64,000 bases of DNA from a virus, in the IMG/VR virus record IMGVR_UViG_3300009151_000041, positions 39,144-103,143 of that record. One strand, written 5' to 3'. The notes beneath the pieces are model-generated. The model was not told the DNA's origin and did not search any database. It saw only the letters and a list, made by a program, of their open reading frames with translations. A program made the position numbers and the translations under genes. Shown in pieces: positions 27,277 through 36,800 of this stretch (its first letter is position 1; each line of letters opens with the position of its first letter).

Positions 27277-28965
27277 ATGCGTGATCTACTCAATATACTC
27301 GACAACATACTATCAGAATCAGCAGGTGGTATGGCCAAAAGATGGCTAGAGAGTCAACAAAAACCTATATATTTTCTTGATGCACAAGGAAATAGATACA
27401 CCATTGACAATCTTTTGATATTCCCTGATCAAGTTCCGTCTGCGCCAGTTGCAGAACTAGGTGCTGAACTGGAAACTGCAATTGCATCATTGGGCCTAAC
27501 AAAAGGAAATATACATTTTTTAAACCGCATGCCAGCAAAACAAGGCGCTGGTATGTTGATCATAATGAAAGATCAAAATGGTATGTTATTTCCATATTTT
27601 AAATTTTTTAGCAAGCGTGATATGGGCAACCTGGGCATGCATTGGACTCCTACAGAGTTTGAAAAAGAAACTGGCCTGGCATGGGAACAGACTCGTGTTA
27701 CAGGCACAGGCAAAAATCGACAAGCAGAAGTTATCAGTAGGATTGAGCTAAAGCCAAAGTTTGCTGTTCCTACCAACACAAATATGAGCATTGCCAGTGT
27801 GCCAGCTCAGTCTAGTCAGATGTTAGCTGCCAACGACAAAGTGGGTTTAGAACTTGCGCAAAAACTACAGACATTATTAGACAACACACTGGCTGGCAGT
27901 TTAGAACCTGTACCCGGGTTGGCGCAGTATGAAAGAGATATACGAGTAGACTACGGCGAAGTGGCTGCTCCGTTGGGATTAGTAGCAGGGAAACATGTGG
28001 GCGGCAGTTATGCCAAGGTAGATAGCGAACTGTTGGGTCCACTAGGAGTGAGTTGGAGCACAGCTACAACTGTGTTTTATCCTGAAGCAGGAAATGAACC
28101 TTTGTATGACAGTCAAATTATGTGGCCCAACGGTGAAAAACTGCGGATTAGTAACAAGGCTGAAGGCAAGGGCGGAGCTGCCAGCACCACTTCCATATTA
28201 GAAATCATAGACAAATATCCGGAACGATTTACAGACAAAGATAAAGCCATGCTGGAACCTGGCGGCAAGTATGGAGATTTTATCACTGCATTAAGAACCA
28301 TTAGTAGGGCAAAAGGATACGAAGGACCTGTGCGCCTGGCACAACAATTTGGTTACATTGATTCTGCAGATGCAGCTAGTGCTTTGGAAAATCTACAACA
28401 AAAGACCAATGATCCACGGGCACTAACTCCTCGATTGCAAGAAATCATAAATGACCCGACTATTTTTGCAGCTCGAACAGACAAGCCTGACTACAAGGTC
28501 TGCTATCATGTGATAGCCAGCTTGGCTAGACTTGTGATCAAGCACTTGAATGACGACATTGGGTTGACCACAGAATTTTTTAAGTTTATGTTGAGTCGTG
28601 CTAACTTGGTGCAGGTAAATCAATTCACAGAAAGAAAAGGTGATGGTGTAGCATTTAGTAAATTTGATGTGATATGGCCACCAACCTTTACTGGAAAAAT
28701 TAAATTTAGTGCCAGTGATTTTCAAAGCAACAAAAAATCCAGTGGAAAGCTGGCATTTAGTGTGGGCAACGAAAGAGGTAAGAAAACTGACGACAATGCT
28801 GAAACTCAAGAACCCGATTCAGGGGTGGCAGCAAGAACTTCAACAGCTGATTTGGATGCTGAAACTGATCGCCAACGACTGAAAGGTCCCGGAGCTCGTG
28901 CGGCAAAAACCCAAGCCGAACCCAAAACTGACGTAACCACCTTGGGCAGAGAACGCAGAAAATAA
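27277..28965 (+). CDS. large hypothetical protein, possible virion-packaged protein
   Basis: N-terminal [15 protein letters not shown]; PLYDS...RISNK is possibly PD-(D/E)xK-like. Confidence 0.55.
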   Translation: MRDLLNILDNILSESAGGMAKRWLESQQKPIYFLDAQGNRYTIDNLLIFPDQVPSAPVAELGAELETAIASLGLTKGNIHFLNRMPAKQGAGMLIIMKDQNGMLFPYFKFFSKRDMGNLGMHWTPTEFEKETGLAWEQTRVTGTGKNRQAEVISRIELKPKFAVPTNTNMSIASVPAQSSQMLAANDKVGLELAQKLQTLLDNTLAGSLEPVPGLAQYERDIRVDYGEVAAPLGLVAGKHVGGSYAKVDSELLGPLGVSWSTATTVFYPEAGNEPLYDSQIMWPNGEKLRISNKAEGKGGAASTTSILEIIDKYPERFTDKDKAMLEPGGKYGDFITALRTISRAKGYEGPVRLAQQFGYIDSADAASALENLQQKTNDPRALTPRLQEIINDPTIFAARTDKPDYKVCYHVIASLARLVIKHLNDDIGLTTEFFKFMLSRANLVQVNQFTERKGDGVAFSKFDVIWPPTFTGKIKFSASDFQSNKKSSGKLAFSVGNERGKKTDDNAETQEPDSGVAARTSTADLDAETDRQRLKGPGARAAKTQAEPKTDVTTLGRERRK

Positions 28966-28966
28966 T

Positions 28967-29545
28967 TTAAGTTTTGGTCACTGCCGACACATGATCGCAG
29001 ATGCCCAGGGCCAAGGCTTCTTCGGCGCTGAGCCAAATGTCTTGTGGTGGTAATAGATGCTTGCGTATCTGTTCTGGATCCAGGCCAGTGCAGGCTTGAT
29101 AGTGTGCGACCATTCGAGCCTGTGTGAGTTCAAACTCTCGCATGGTAGCAAATAACTCATGTGCCTTGCCTTCACTGCTCCATGAAAATTGATGACTCAA
29201 GATTGATGTGCTAGGTGTGAGAACTCTGCGACCCCGATTGCCAGCAATGAATATCAACAGGCCGGCACTGGCGATCACACCCAGCCCCACAGTCTTTACA
29301 GGAATAGTGCTACTATGCATGACATCAATCAAGGCAAAGGCAGCACCCATGTCGCCACCTTCTGAGCACACCATCAACAGCAGTTCTTTTTTCTTTTTCT
29401 TGGCCACATGATTTTCATGTAGGATCCATTCTATAATGGGCTTGATGTTTTCGTCATTCACCTCTCCCATAAAAACATACATTCCTGCGTCAGCCAAGGC
29501 CTGGCTGTGTGTTTGCTCAAGTTGAAGAGAGTTATCTGTGGGCAT
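28967..29545 (-). CDS. clpP: second, divergent ClpP-family protease
   Basis: CSEGGD, GVIASAG, LSHQ, DIWLSAEEA; TATAAATA at 29583-29590. Confidence 0.85.
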   Translation of the reverse strand: MPTDNSLQLEQTHSQALADAGMYVFMGEVNDENIKPIIEWILHENHVAKKKKKELLLMVCSEGGDMGAAFALIDVMHSSTIPVKTVGLGVIASAGLLIFIAGNRGRRVLTPSTSILSHQFSWSSEGKAHELFATMREFELTQARMVAHYQACTGLDPEQIRKHLLPPQDIWLSAEEALALGICDHVSAVTKT

Positions 29546-29596
29546 GATTTGGATATAGGAAAAGGCAGCCGTAGCTGCCTTTTATTTATACGCCGT

Positions 29597-30205
29597 TTAT
29601 TCAGGCTTGCGATCTGCGGCATCCATTTCACGGAATACCTGATCACCGCGCACAACTGCACGATCTTGCAGTTTTAACCGATCTTTGCGTTGTTGCAACT
29701 GGTTGGCATCACCTGTGGGCAGTGCAACCAACACATAACTACGGAATCGCCCGCCTTCGCTGATGCGTTTGACTTCTTTGGTTTCTGCTCCGGTAATATC
29801 CACTGCCGGGCACATGCTCTTGATGGCCAATTCGCTAGTTTCAAGGCTGGCGCTACCAGTATCTTGCATGAAGATCTTGGCTTGCTGGCTCACACGTCCA
29901 CCGGCTGCAATACAAATTTTGCCGTAAGCAAACATCTTGGCCTTGTAGTCTGCCATGCTCATGTCATTGCTGACACCGGTGCCATTGGCATACACAGCAT
30001 TGTCGCTCACAGGCAGTTTGGTCATCCAAGCAGGTGCCTGTTCAATACTGCGGTTAACTTGGGCATCTCTGCGATCTTGTGCTTGAATAGCACGAGCATC
30101 ATAAGTTTCACGCTCAATCACAGGCACAGTAGCTACTGGCTCTTTGGTAGAACTACAGGCCGACATCACAGCCACAATGGGCAATATAACAAAAAGTTTT
30201 TTCAT
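29597..30205 (-). CDS. lipoprotein (LPP20-like)
   Basis: Lipobox MSAC; APAWM...YANGTGVS; promoter at 30234-30262. Confidence 0.65.
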   Translation of the reverse strand: MKKLFVILPIVAVMSACSSTKEPVATVPVIERETYDARAIQAQDRRDAQVNRSIEQAPAWMTKLPVSDNAVYANGTGVSNDMSMADYKAKMFAYGKICIAAGGRVSQQAKIFMQDTGSASLETSELAIKSMCPAVDITGAETKEVKRISEGGRFRSYVLVALPTGDANQLQQRKDRLKLQDRAVVRGDQVFREMDAADRKPE

Positions 30206-30262
30206 ACAAACCTCACACAGTTAAGATAATACAAGTTTAACACAAAAACAAATATTGGTCAA

Positions 30263-30826
30263 TCAAAATTTGTCTACCACTACCCATTTTGAATCATGCA
30301 CTTTACAGATCACACCTTCAAAAGTTCTGATGTCATTGCGCACGTAGGCACTGTCCAAAAAGTACCTACACGGAGCACCATTGTGCCAAAACTGTTGTGG
30401 ACGATCTGGATGCGGACGAAATTGAGCCAGCTCGCCCACAGTACCTGGATTGGTTGAACGTAAGGTTTCCAGATCAGGATTGTCCCTGCACACCAGCATT
30501 TTTTCGCTCATGACTTGACTGCGTCCCACACGCTCTCGCACTGCATCCTCGGCTCGCTTTACAGCCGCACCGCAGGCTTCTTCTCTAGGGCGATCACCAG
30601 ACCATTCATATTCACCAAAGGCAGTGTGCCAATCTGCACCAATCCTGGCTCTAAAAGAGACCACGCATTTGCGACCGCCTGAGAATCCGGGTACTACTTC
30701 TGCACGAAGCTCACTGCGTTCTGCAATCACCACAGCACCACGACTCACAGTTTTTTCTTGGAGCACACATTGTTGGGCCACTGCCATAACAGGTACCAGG
30801 CATAGGGCAATTAGGGACGTTTTCAT
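30263..30826 (-). CDS. secreted Cys-containing protein
   Basis: Signal peptide ending AVA; several Cys. Confidence 0.6.
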   Translation of the reverse strand: MKTSLIALCLVPVMAVAQQCVLQEKTVSRGAVVIAERSELRAEVVPGFSGGRKCVVSFRARIGADWHTAFGEYEWSGDRPREEACGAAVKRAEDAVRERVGRSQVMSEKMLVCRDNPDLETLRSTNPGTVGELAQFRPHPDRPQQFWHNGAPCRYFLDSAYVRNDIRTFEGVICKVHDSKWVVVDKF

Positions 30827-31125
30827 TAGCAGTAATCTCTCAATTCACGAATGTGCCAGTTTATCAACCAATTAACTCTTTTGTCCTGCCCAGTCCATCC
30901 ACTAAGGCTGAACAACTGATCATCAGCAGTTCGCCGCATGCTGTTCAACATGGCAATTTGTTGCGGGGCTATTTTGCAATCAGTCTGGAAGTATTTTAAA
31001 TCTTCAATGCTCATGGCAGTGAGACTGGGTGTTCCTGTAGCACAACCACTACATAGGCTGACACACATAACGCATGTTCCAAATTTTAGCACGAATTTGT
31101 CTGCGATGTCTTTGAAAGTTTTCAT
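30826..31125 (-). CDS. putative lipoprotein
   Basis: CSGC lipobox-like; DC...C pattern. Confidence 0.5.
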   Translation of the reverse strand: MKTFKDIADKFVLKFGTCVMCVSLCSGCATGTPSLTAMSIEDLKYFQTDCKIAPQQIAMLNSMRRTADDQLFSLSGWTGQDKRVNWLINWHIRELRDYC

Positions 31126-31303
31126 CTGATTCCAAGGGTTGTTGAGCAATAGCGGCCTGTTGTGAAAGCCAGTTTATGATGGCTTCTCTGTTGCCGCAGT
31201 CGTTGGGCATCATGGCCACTTCAATGGGCGGTGATGTTTTGGGTGTCATACAACCTGTGAGGGTTGCTAGAGCCACAACAGATGCCAGGTGTTTAATGTT
31301 CAT
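31049..31303 (-). CDS. putative lipoprotein
   Basis: MNIKHLASVVALATLTGC lipobox; DC...C pattern. Confidence 0.6.
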   Translation of the reverse strand: MNIKHLASVVALATLTGCMTPKTSPPIEVAMMPNDCGNREAIINWLSQQAAIAQQPLESDENFQRHRRQIRAKIWNMRYVCQPM

Positions 31304-31445
31304 CACGTTTGGGATGTTTGGCTTTACGATTGTACGCCACACGTGACTTCTCTGTCTTGGGTTTAAACGGAGTGTCTCGTGAGTACAACTCCACCGCACG
31401 TCGGCGTTGTCGAGGTAGTTCAATTGTAAAACTTAGTGTCTTCAT
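31293..31445 (-). CDS. ArfA-like small basic protein, leaderless
   Basis: Not in ORF track: MKTLSFTIELPRQRRRAVELYSRDTPFKPKTEKSRVAYNRKAKHPKRDEH; promoter at 31452-31480. Confidence 0.55.
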   Translation of the reverse strand: MKTLSFTIELPRQRRRAVELYSRDTPFKPKTEKSRVAYNRKAKHPKRDEH

Positions 31446-31476
31446 GATGTAATTATAACAGATTGAGATTTATTGG

Positions 31477-31803
31477 TCAATCAGCTCTTGAGCTCATGTA
31501 TGCGTTGATACCGAAACTGCGCAGGACGTCAGCATAGGCCTGGGCACCGGCTTCTTTGATGTCCATGCTTTGGGTGCCTGAGCCACCGGGGTTCCACAGA
31601 TCCAATCCGCCTTGGTAGCTCTTGCGGAAACCCACTTGTTTAAGTGCGCGGCCCAATTTGGTTGAAGCCTTTTCACTCACATGCACCCAGGCAAAGCCAC
31701 AGTAGCCAGGTTCGCCATGCTGGGCGCGGAAGTCTGCTTCGGCCCGTTGCGCGGCGGCAATAGCAGTGTTGTGGACTGATTGGATATTGTCTAGTGCAAG
31801 CAT
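31477..31803 (-). CDS. conserved phage protein (CGFAWV motif)
   Basis: GYCGFAWVHV...QSMDIKEAGAQAYA. Confidence 0.7.
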   Translation of the reverse strand: MLALDNIQSVHNTAIAAAQRAEADFRAQHGEPGYCGFAWVHVSEKASTKLGRALKQVGFRKSYQGGLDLWNPGGSGTQSMDIKEAGAQAYADVLRSFGINAYMSSRAD

Positions 31804-31809
31804 GTTAGG

Positions 31810-31864
31810 CTCCTTTTGCGTTAATATGTCCATAGTATAGCAGATTGGGAATTTCCGGTCAACC
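31810..31864 (-). repeat. early-promoter cassette copy
   Basis: Near-identical to 11385-11439 and 32040-32094. Confidence 0.85.
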
Positions 31865-31871
31865 ATTTGTG

Positions 31872-32033
31872 TTAATCGTAGTAGGTCTGGTCGTATATTA
31901 ACATTGCCACAATACCAAACGGTTGTCCTGTTTCTAAAGCAATATGCCGCAGGTCCTCAAGGGTCAAATCTTCAAACCCTTGGTATTCAAAGGTCTTTAC
32001 CATAGTTTTAGCCATCTTTAGAATATTCTTCAT
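31872..32033 (-). CDS. early hypothetical protein
   Basis: Follows cassette SD. Confidence 0.55.
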   Translation of the reverse strand: MKNILKMAKTMVKTFEYQGFEDLTLEDLRHIALETGQPFGIVAMLIYDQTYYD

Positions 32034-32039
32034 ATCAAG

Positions 32040-32144
32040 CTCCTTTTGCGTTAATATGTCCATAGTATAGCAAATTGGGAATTATTGGTCAACCCAAAAA
32101 AAAGCCCTACAATCTGTAGGGCAATTGTAGTACTTGAGTATTAC
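32040..32144 (-). repeat. full early-promoter cassette copy
   Basis: Same architecture and spacing as 11385-11489. Confidence 0.85.
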
Positions 32145-32413
32145 TTTTTAGAAGTTGCTGTGTAAGCCTTCATGATGCCTTCACCAAACTTAACATAGTC
32201 AAATTTGGTAGCTTCTTGCATGGCCTTTACAGTTTCAGTGGCCACTGTGGTTGCGGCGTCTGTGGTTGCTTTGATGGCTTTTTTGGTGTAGTCGGCTTGG
32301 TTGTCAACGAATTTGATCATTGCGTCTTTCATGGCCTCATTGGTCACAAAAGTGTTAACCCAAGTTTTTTTACCGATTTGTACGGTGTCGATGAATGCGT
32401 CTGCTGTAAACAT
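32141..32413 (-). CDS. helical Ala/Thr-rich protein, possibly phasin-like
   Basis: Amphipathic helical composition; structured leader. Confidence 0.5.
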   Translation of the reverse strand: MFTADAFIDTVQIGKKTWVNTFVTNEAMKDAMIKFVDNQADYTKKAIKATTDAATTVATETVKAMQEATKFDYVKFGEGIMKAYTATSKK

Positions 32414-32419
32414 AGTGTT

Positions 32420-32470
32420 CTCCTTAATTAAGCAAGTTTGCTATAGGACCCGGCCTATCCAGCGTCCTAT
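32420..32470 (-). promoter_or_regulatory. ROSE-like RNA thermometer leader
   Basis: CUUGCUU-AAUU-AAGGAG SD-sequestering hairpin plus an upstream hairpin. Confidence 0.5.
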
Positions 32471-32582
32471 GTAGTATTATATATGATTTTTATGCTGCTC
32501 TGCAATATCTTTTTGTAGTGAGCTGCCACTAAAAACGCAAATCCAAAAAAGGCATACTAAATACACAATAGGAGAATTTATC

Positions 32583-32831
32583 ATGGAAATTGTACTTGCC
32601 GTTATTGTTATTGTGTTGATTGGCTATTGGGCCTACACCGTTTTTAACAAAGAAAAACCCGATGGATCATATGTTTTGGACACGTTTACCAAACCAGCAG
32701 AAGTTGTGCCACCTGCACCTGTTGCCGAACCAGTAAAGGTCGAAGCAGTGGCGCCAGCCACAAAGGCTCCTGCTGTAAAGAAACCACGAGCACCTGCTAA
32801 ACCTAGAGCAAAAAAGACTCCAGCAAAATAA
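32583..32831 (+). CDS. membrane-anchored Pro/Ala/Lys-rich protein
   Basis: N-terminal TM; TAAATA and SD upstream; terminator at 32836-32856. Confidence 0.65.
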   Translation: MEIVLAVIVIVLIGYWAYTVFNKEKPDGSYVLDTFTKPAEVVPPAPVAEPVKVEAVAPATKAPAVKKPRAPAKPRAKKTPAK

Positions 32832-32889
32832 ATTCAGCCCCGTAAGGGGCTTTTTTAATGAGCCAATAAATACTTGTCAAGGAGTCATT

Positions 32890-33237
32890 ATGTCGGAAAA
32901 AACAGCACAAGACGCTCACGAAAAGGGCGCATTCATAGAAAAATTACTATTTGCTTTGTTACCGCTCTTGGTAGGATCAGTAGGTTATCTAATATCAGCA
33001 TTGAGCATGCTGCAACACGATGTGACCATTCTCAATCAAAAGGTCAGTTTGGTTGTTACTACAGACAACAAACAGGCTAGTAACACTGGAGCAGAACTTG
33101 CTAGAGAAAAACTGCGTCAAGATATGGAAAAAGAAATCCAAAAAAACCGGGATGCAATCATGGAGAACCGCCAGCACATTGCTATCTTAGAAGATAGGGC
33201 GGGCATTAAGAAAATTGGCGCAATGAAAGGAGAATAA
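32890..33237 (+). CDS. membrane coiled-coil protein
   Basis: Single TM followed by coiled coil. Confidence 0.6.
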   Translation: MSEKTAQDAHEKGAFIEKLLFALLPLLVGSVGYLISALSMLQHDVTILNQKVSLVVTTDNKQASNTGAELAREKLRQDMEKEIQKNRDAIMENRQHIAILEDRAGIKKIGAMKGE

Positions 33238-33238
33238 C

Positions 33239-33781
33239 ATGGCAGAAGAAAAACCAATTTCGCGCAGTGAACGTGAAGCACACATAAAAGACAAAGCAGG
33301 ATGGGTAATCACTGTGCTGGCTGCACTGTTGGCCATTAACACACTCATGGGCGGTGGCAATGCCAGCAAGGTATTGAACAATACCATTGACGCCAACAAC
33401 ACTTGGGCGTTTTATCAAGCCAAGTCAATCAAACAAACACTGGCCGAAATGGCATATGATGATGCGGCTCGTGCAAAAGATCAGCCCAAGATGCAGTCAT
33501 TACAATCCAAAATTGATCGTTACGAAAGTGATCCCAAAACAGGCGAAGGCAAGCAAGAACTCATGGCCAAGGCCCGTGAATTAGAACACGAGCGCGGCAT
33601 TGCCAAACAGCGTGGTCCCTGGTATACCTATGCAGGGTCGCTGTTTCAAATTGCCATTGTGTTGTTGACTGCCAGTATATTGGCCGTAAACATGAGCTTG
33701 TTCTGGGCTAGCCTGTGGGTCGGCGGTGTAGGTATTGCACTCATGAGTCAGGCTGTTTGGCTTGTAATTCCGGCAATTTAA
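33239..33781 (+). CDS. DUF4337-like membrane protein
   Basis: ANNTWAFYQAKSIK; LFQIAIVLLTASIL. Confidence 0.7.
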   Translation: MAEEKPISRSEREAHIKDKAGWVITVLAALLAINTLMGGGNASKVLNNTIDANNTWAFYQAKSIKQTLAEMAYDDAARAKDQPKMQSLQSKIDRYESDPKTGEGKQELMAKARELEHERGIAKQRGPWYTYAGSLFQIAIVLLTASILAVNMSLFWASLWVGGVGIALMSQAVWLVIPAI

Positions 33782-33865
33782 TAAACACACCTTAGAACTT
33801 AACAAAAAGCCCCGTAAATATACTACGGGGCTTTCTCGCGAAAGTGATCCGAGAATAATAAGAAT

Positions 33866-34648
33866 ATGGATCCATTGACACTCTTTGCACTGGCCAACGG
33901 AGCTGTCTCCGCGGTCAAGGCTGGCTGTAAACTCTACAAAGACATCAAGGGTGCAGCCGGAGAAGTTAAAGATGTGCTCAAGGATCTCGACAGTCAATTT
34001 CAAAAACTCTATCCACCCGAAAAGCCGCCAACTACCGCACAGAAGAATGCCTACATAGAAGAAAAAAATCGTGTAATTGAACTGAACAAAAAAGCCAACT
34101 CAGGCGAGCACACTGGCATTTACCAAGAAATTGGCGAACATCTGGGCACATATTACGACAACTATCACAAATGCATTGCAGTTTTTCAAGAAGAAGAGCG
34201 CCGTGCCAAGACAGAAGTTTACACAGGCGACGACAGTTTGGGTAAACGTGCTCTACAGAGAGTTCTCATGCGCAAACAACTGCAACAAATGGAAGTTGAA
34301 TTGCGAGAACTAATGATATATCAAAGCCCAGCGGAACTTGGTTCATTGTATACTGATGTCGAAGAGATGATGAAACAGTTGGGCAAAGAACAAAATATTC
34401 TTATCTCACAACAAATGAAAATAAAGGCAGCTTATGCTGCACGCCGTGCGGCTTGGATGAAAAAAGTAAGAGATGAAGCAATTGTAGGTGTGTTTATTGT
34501 GGTAACAATACTAACAGTAGGCGGGTTGTTCATATATGTGGCATACGATCGTCAACAAAAGTATCCGCAATACGGCAATGAGTTATTTCCCAAGACTGCT
34601 CAACAACGTCGTCAAGAAGCCGAACCAATAACATATATAGGTCGATAA
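33866..34648 (+). CDS. coiled-coil protein with C-terminal TM
   Basis: MDPLTLFALA N-terminus; ELRELMIY...G. Confidence 0.6.
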   Translation: MDPLTLFALANGAVSAVKAGCKLYKDIKGAAGEVKDVLKDLDSQFQKLYPPEKPPTTAQKNAYIEEKNRVIELNKKANSGEHTGIYQEIGEHLGTYYDNYHKCIAVFQEEERRAKTEVYTGDDSLGKRALQRVLMRKQLQQMEVELRELMIYQSPAELGSLYTDVEEMMKQLGKEQNILISQQMKIKAAYAARRAAWMKKVRDEAIVGVFIVVTILTVGGLFIYVAYDRQQKYPQYGNELFPKTAQQRRQEAEPITYIGR

Positions 34649-35281
34649 CTACCGGCTGAACAAGTCATGCACAAAATCTTGCAGGAGTTGATTGTGACGA
34701 CCTTGATGCCAATGTGGCTTTAGATAGTTTTTGTCATACCAGAACTGTTGGCTTTCTGGATGACATCCAATTAGCCCAATTCTATCTTGTATGATGGCCA
34801 TGGCATCACCATTGGCATATCTAGCCACAGTGTCAAACCCTGTACCTACCAAAGCACATCCATCGTAAAAGTACATGCGATCAGCTTGACCATTCCAAGT
34901 GACAGCACAGGCTTTGGCATGTGGCCGTCGTGTGTCAGTGTGAGGTTGTCGAATGTATTGTACTGCTCGCACATTATTCAAAATGTTAAAGTAATTGCGA
35001 TCGGCCCAATATGCACCCATACAGATGCCAAGATATCTACCACCACGATTGATAAACGTGCGTATGCGTGGTGCATTTTCTTTCAGCATCCAGTCGTATG
35101 TGTCTGCATCGCCCATGCCGCCAGGAAATGCCACACAATCAACATCATCAAAGAAATTGTCTTCCAATTGATGTCGTGTAAAAATTTTAAATCTATAGTA
35201 AGGAGTTAGTGATTGTATTATGCCATTGCCACTTTGTACTGAACATCTGGGCTGATGTAAGAACAGCGCAATTGTTTTCAT
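34649..35281 (-). CDS. BPL-N/class I glutamine amidotransferase-like protein
   Basis: FPGG, YLGICMGAY, GCHPE. Confidence 0.75.
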   Translation of the reverse strand: MKTIALFLHQPRCSVQSGNGIIQSLTPYYRFKIFTRHQLEDNFFDDVDCVAFPGGMGDADTYDWMLKENAPRIRTFINRGGRYLGICMGAYWADRNYFNILNNVRAVQYIRQPHTDTRRPHAKACAVTWNGQADRMYFYDGCALVGTGFDTVARYANGDAMAIIQDRIGLIGCHPESQQFWYDKNYLKPHWHQGRHNQLLQDFVHDLFSR

Positions 35282-35422
35282 TTAGTCTGACTGGTTAATT
35301 GGAGGAGGCGCATGTTCTTTGGCTTTTTGTTTGGCTTTTTCTGTAGCTGGGCTTGTTCTATGCGGAGCAGCGGGGCGGGGTGTTGAGGGATATCGGGGAG
35401 GTTTGTGTTTGAACCAACTCAT
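35282..35422 (-). CDS. small basic peptide
   Basis: MSWFKHKPPR...; abuts next gene. Confidence 0.4.
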   Translation of the reverse strand: MSWFKHKPPRYPSTPRPAAPHRTSPATEKAKQKAKEHAPPPINQSD

Positions 35423-35454
35423 AGGCTGTGTCCTTTTGAAGTATTTACCAGTGT

Positions 35455-35685
35455 TTATTTTTTGTTGTAGTTCCAGACCAGTCTGCGTTGTTCTTTGCGC
35501 ACCCAATGGATACAATCTTCTTTAAGTGACAAGTTTTTAATTTTATCACAATGGTTAATACTTATGGTGGCTTGAGCCATGCACATGGCATTTTGCTCGG
35601 GATCTTTAATCTTGGTGCAATCATTTAGGTTCACAGCCCATGACTGCATGGGCGCAAACACAAGTATAAACAGGGTGGGCCACAT
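35455..35685 (-). CDS. small secreted Cys-repeat protein
   Basis: Signal peptide; two C-x-KIK repeats; TAAATA 4 nt upstream. Confidence 0.55.
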   Translation of the reverse strand: MWPTLFILVFAPMQSWAVNLNDCTKIKDPEQNAMCMAQATISINHCDKIKNLSLKEDCIHWVRKEQRRLVWNYNKK

Positions 35686-35700
35686 GCCTTATTTACGGCC

Positions 35701-35775
35701 AAAATAATAGGACTATGTAGTCCTATTATGCTGGTTACGAGTTCCAGCGCCACTCAATCGTTGTGGTCGGTTATA
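35701..35775 (-). ncRNA. candidate small RNA (two hairpins plus terminator)
   Basis: TAAGTA at 35777-82; CCAC/GUGG and GCUGG/CCAGC hairpins; 11-bp terminator stem with U tail. Confidence 0.4.
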
Positions 35776-35792
35776 TTACTTATATTTGAGAA

Positions 35793-35810
35793 ATTACAAT
35801 TTTATTACAC
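35793..35810 (-). promoter_or_regulatory. Pho-box-like direct repeat
   Basis: GTGTAAT-AAAA-TTGTAAT, 11-bp period. Confidence 0.45.
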
Positions 35811-36800
35811 CAGATTGTCTCGAAATATCTCCCAGGCCAGTTGCCAACTCCATCGCTGACTGCCTTGCCACACAGTTTCTCTATCCAGTCCCATGCATTT
35901 GTATGTGGCAGTGGCTAGATTTTGATCCATAACACCTGTAACTCCCGGATCAATCACATCTAGTGGTCCTGGTGCAGGATACGCTGCCACTGGCGTTCCG
36001 CAGGCCATGGCTTCAATCATGACCAGACCAAATGTTTCCCATCTAGATGGAAACACAAACACATCTGCTTGTGCATAGTATTCGGCCAGTGCTGCACCAG
36101 TTTTAAATCCCACAAACTCCACGTCAGGATATTTCTGTTGCAGTTCTTTTCTGTAGGGACCATCACCTACCATGATTTTTCTAGCACCAGGATATTGCAT
36201 GGCACAAAAGTCATCAAGGTTCTTTTCTTTTGAAACTCTGCTCACGCATACCAGTATGGGACGATCATTTTCTGCAGGATCACGCCAGTCAGGCTTGAAC
36301 ACTTGTCGGTCAACACCGCGTGTCCAACTGATCACAGTGCCGTCAAAGCCTTGATCTCTTAACTCGTTGACCATGGTGTCTGTTGTGGTCAGCACTTTGC
36401 CCGAATGTTTGTGGAACCAACGCACGTAGGCCCAGGTAATAAACTCTGGCACACCCACAAGTTTTTTTATGCCTTCAGGAAAGCGAGTATGATAAGCGGT
36501 ATTATACCGTATACCGTCACGCTCAAGCAGGTGTCTAGCAGACACACCGAGAGGACCCTCTGTGGCGATATGGTAATGAGTCGCACCCACCTCCGCAATC
36601 TTCTGGCGTAGCGCCCGGGGATAGGCAATCTTGACTTCGTTGTAGCCAGGACAATCACGGTGGGGGAACTGCCCGGGATCAATATAAACAAGCTGATACC
36701 CATCCAAAAGCGCATGTGCCTCCAAATTCTTGTAGGTCGTAACCACACCATTAATTTGATCCGGCAAGTTGTCTGTTACTATCAGTATCTTCTTTGTCAT
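35805..36800 (-). CDS. GT4 glycosyltransferase, Agt-like diacylglycerol glycosyltransferase
   Basis: QINGVVTT, HIATEGPLG, YHTRFPE, RGVD, RVSKEKN, ETFGLVMIEAMACG. Confidence 0.8.
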   Translation of the reverse strand: MTKKILIVTDNLPDQINGVVTTYKNLEAHALLDGYQLVYIDPGQFPHRDCPGYNEVKIAYPRALRQKIAEVGATHYHIATEGPLGVSARHLLERDGIRYNTAYHTRFPEGIKKLVGVPEFITWAYVRWFHKHSGKVLTTTDTMVNELRDQGFDGTVISWTRGVDRQVFKPDWRDPAENDRPILVCVSRVSKEKNLDDFCAMQYPGARKIMVGDGPYRKELQQKYPDVEFVGFKTGAALAEYYAQADVFVFPSRWETFGLVMIEAMACGTPVAAYPAPGPLDVIDPGVTGVMDQNLATATYKCMGLDRETVWQGSQRWSWQLAWEIFRDNLV

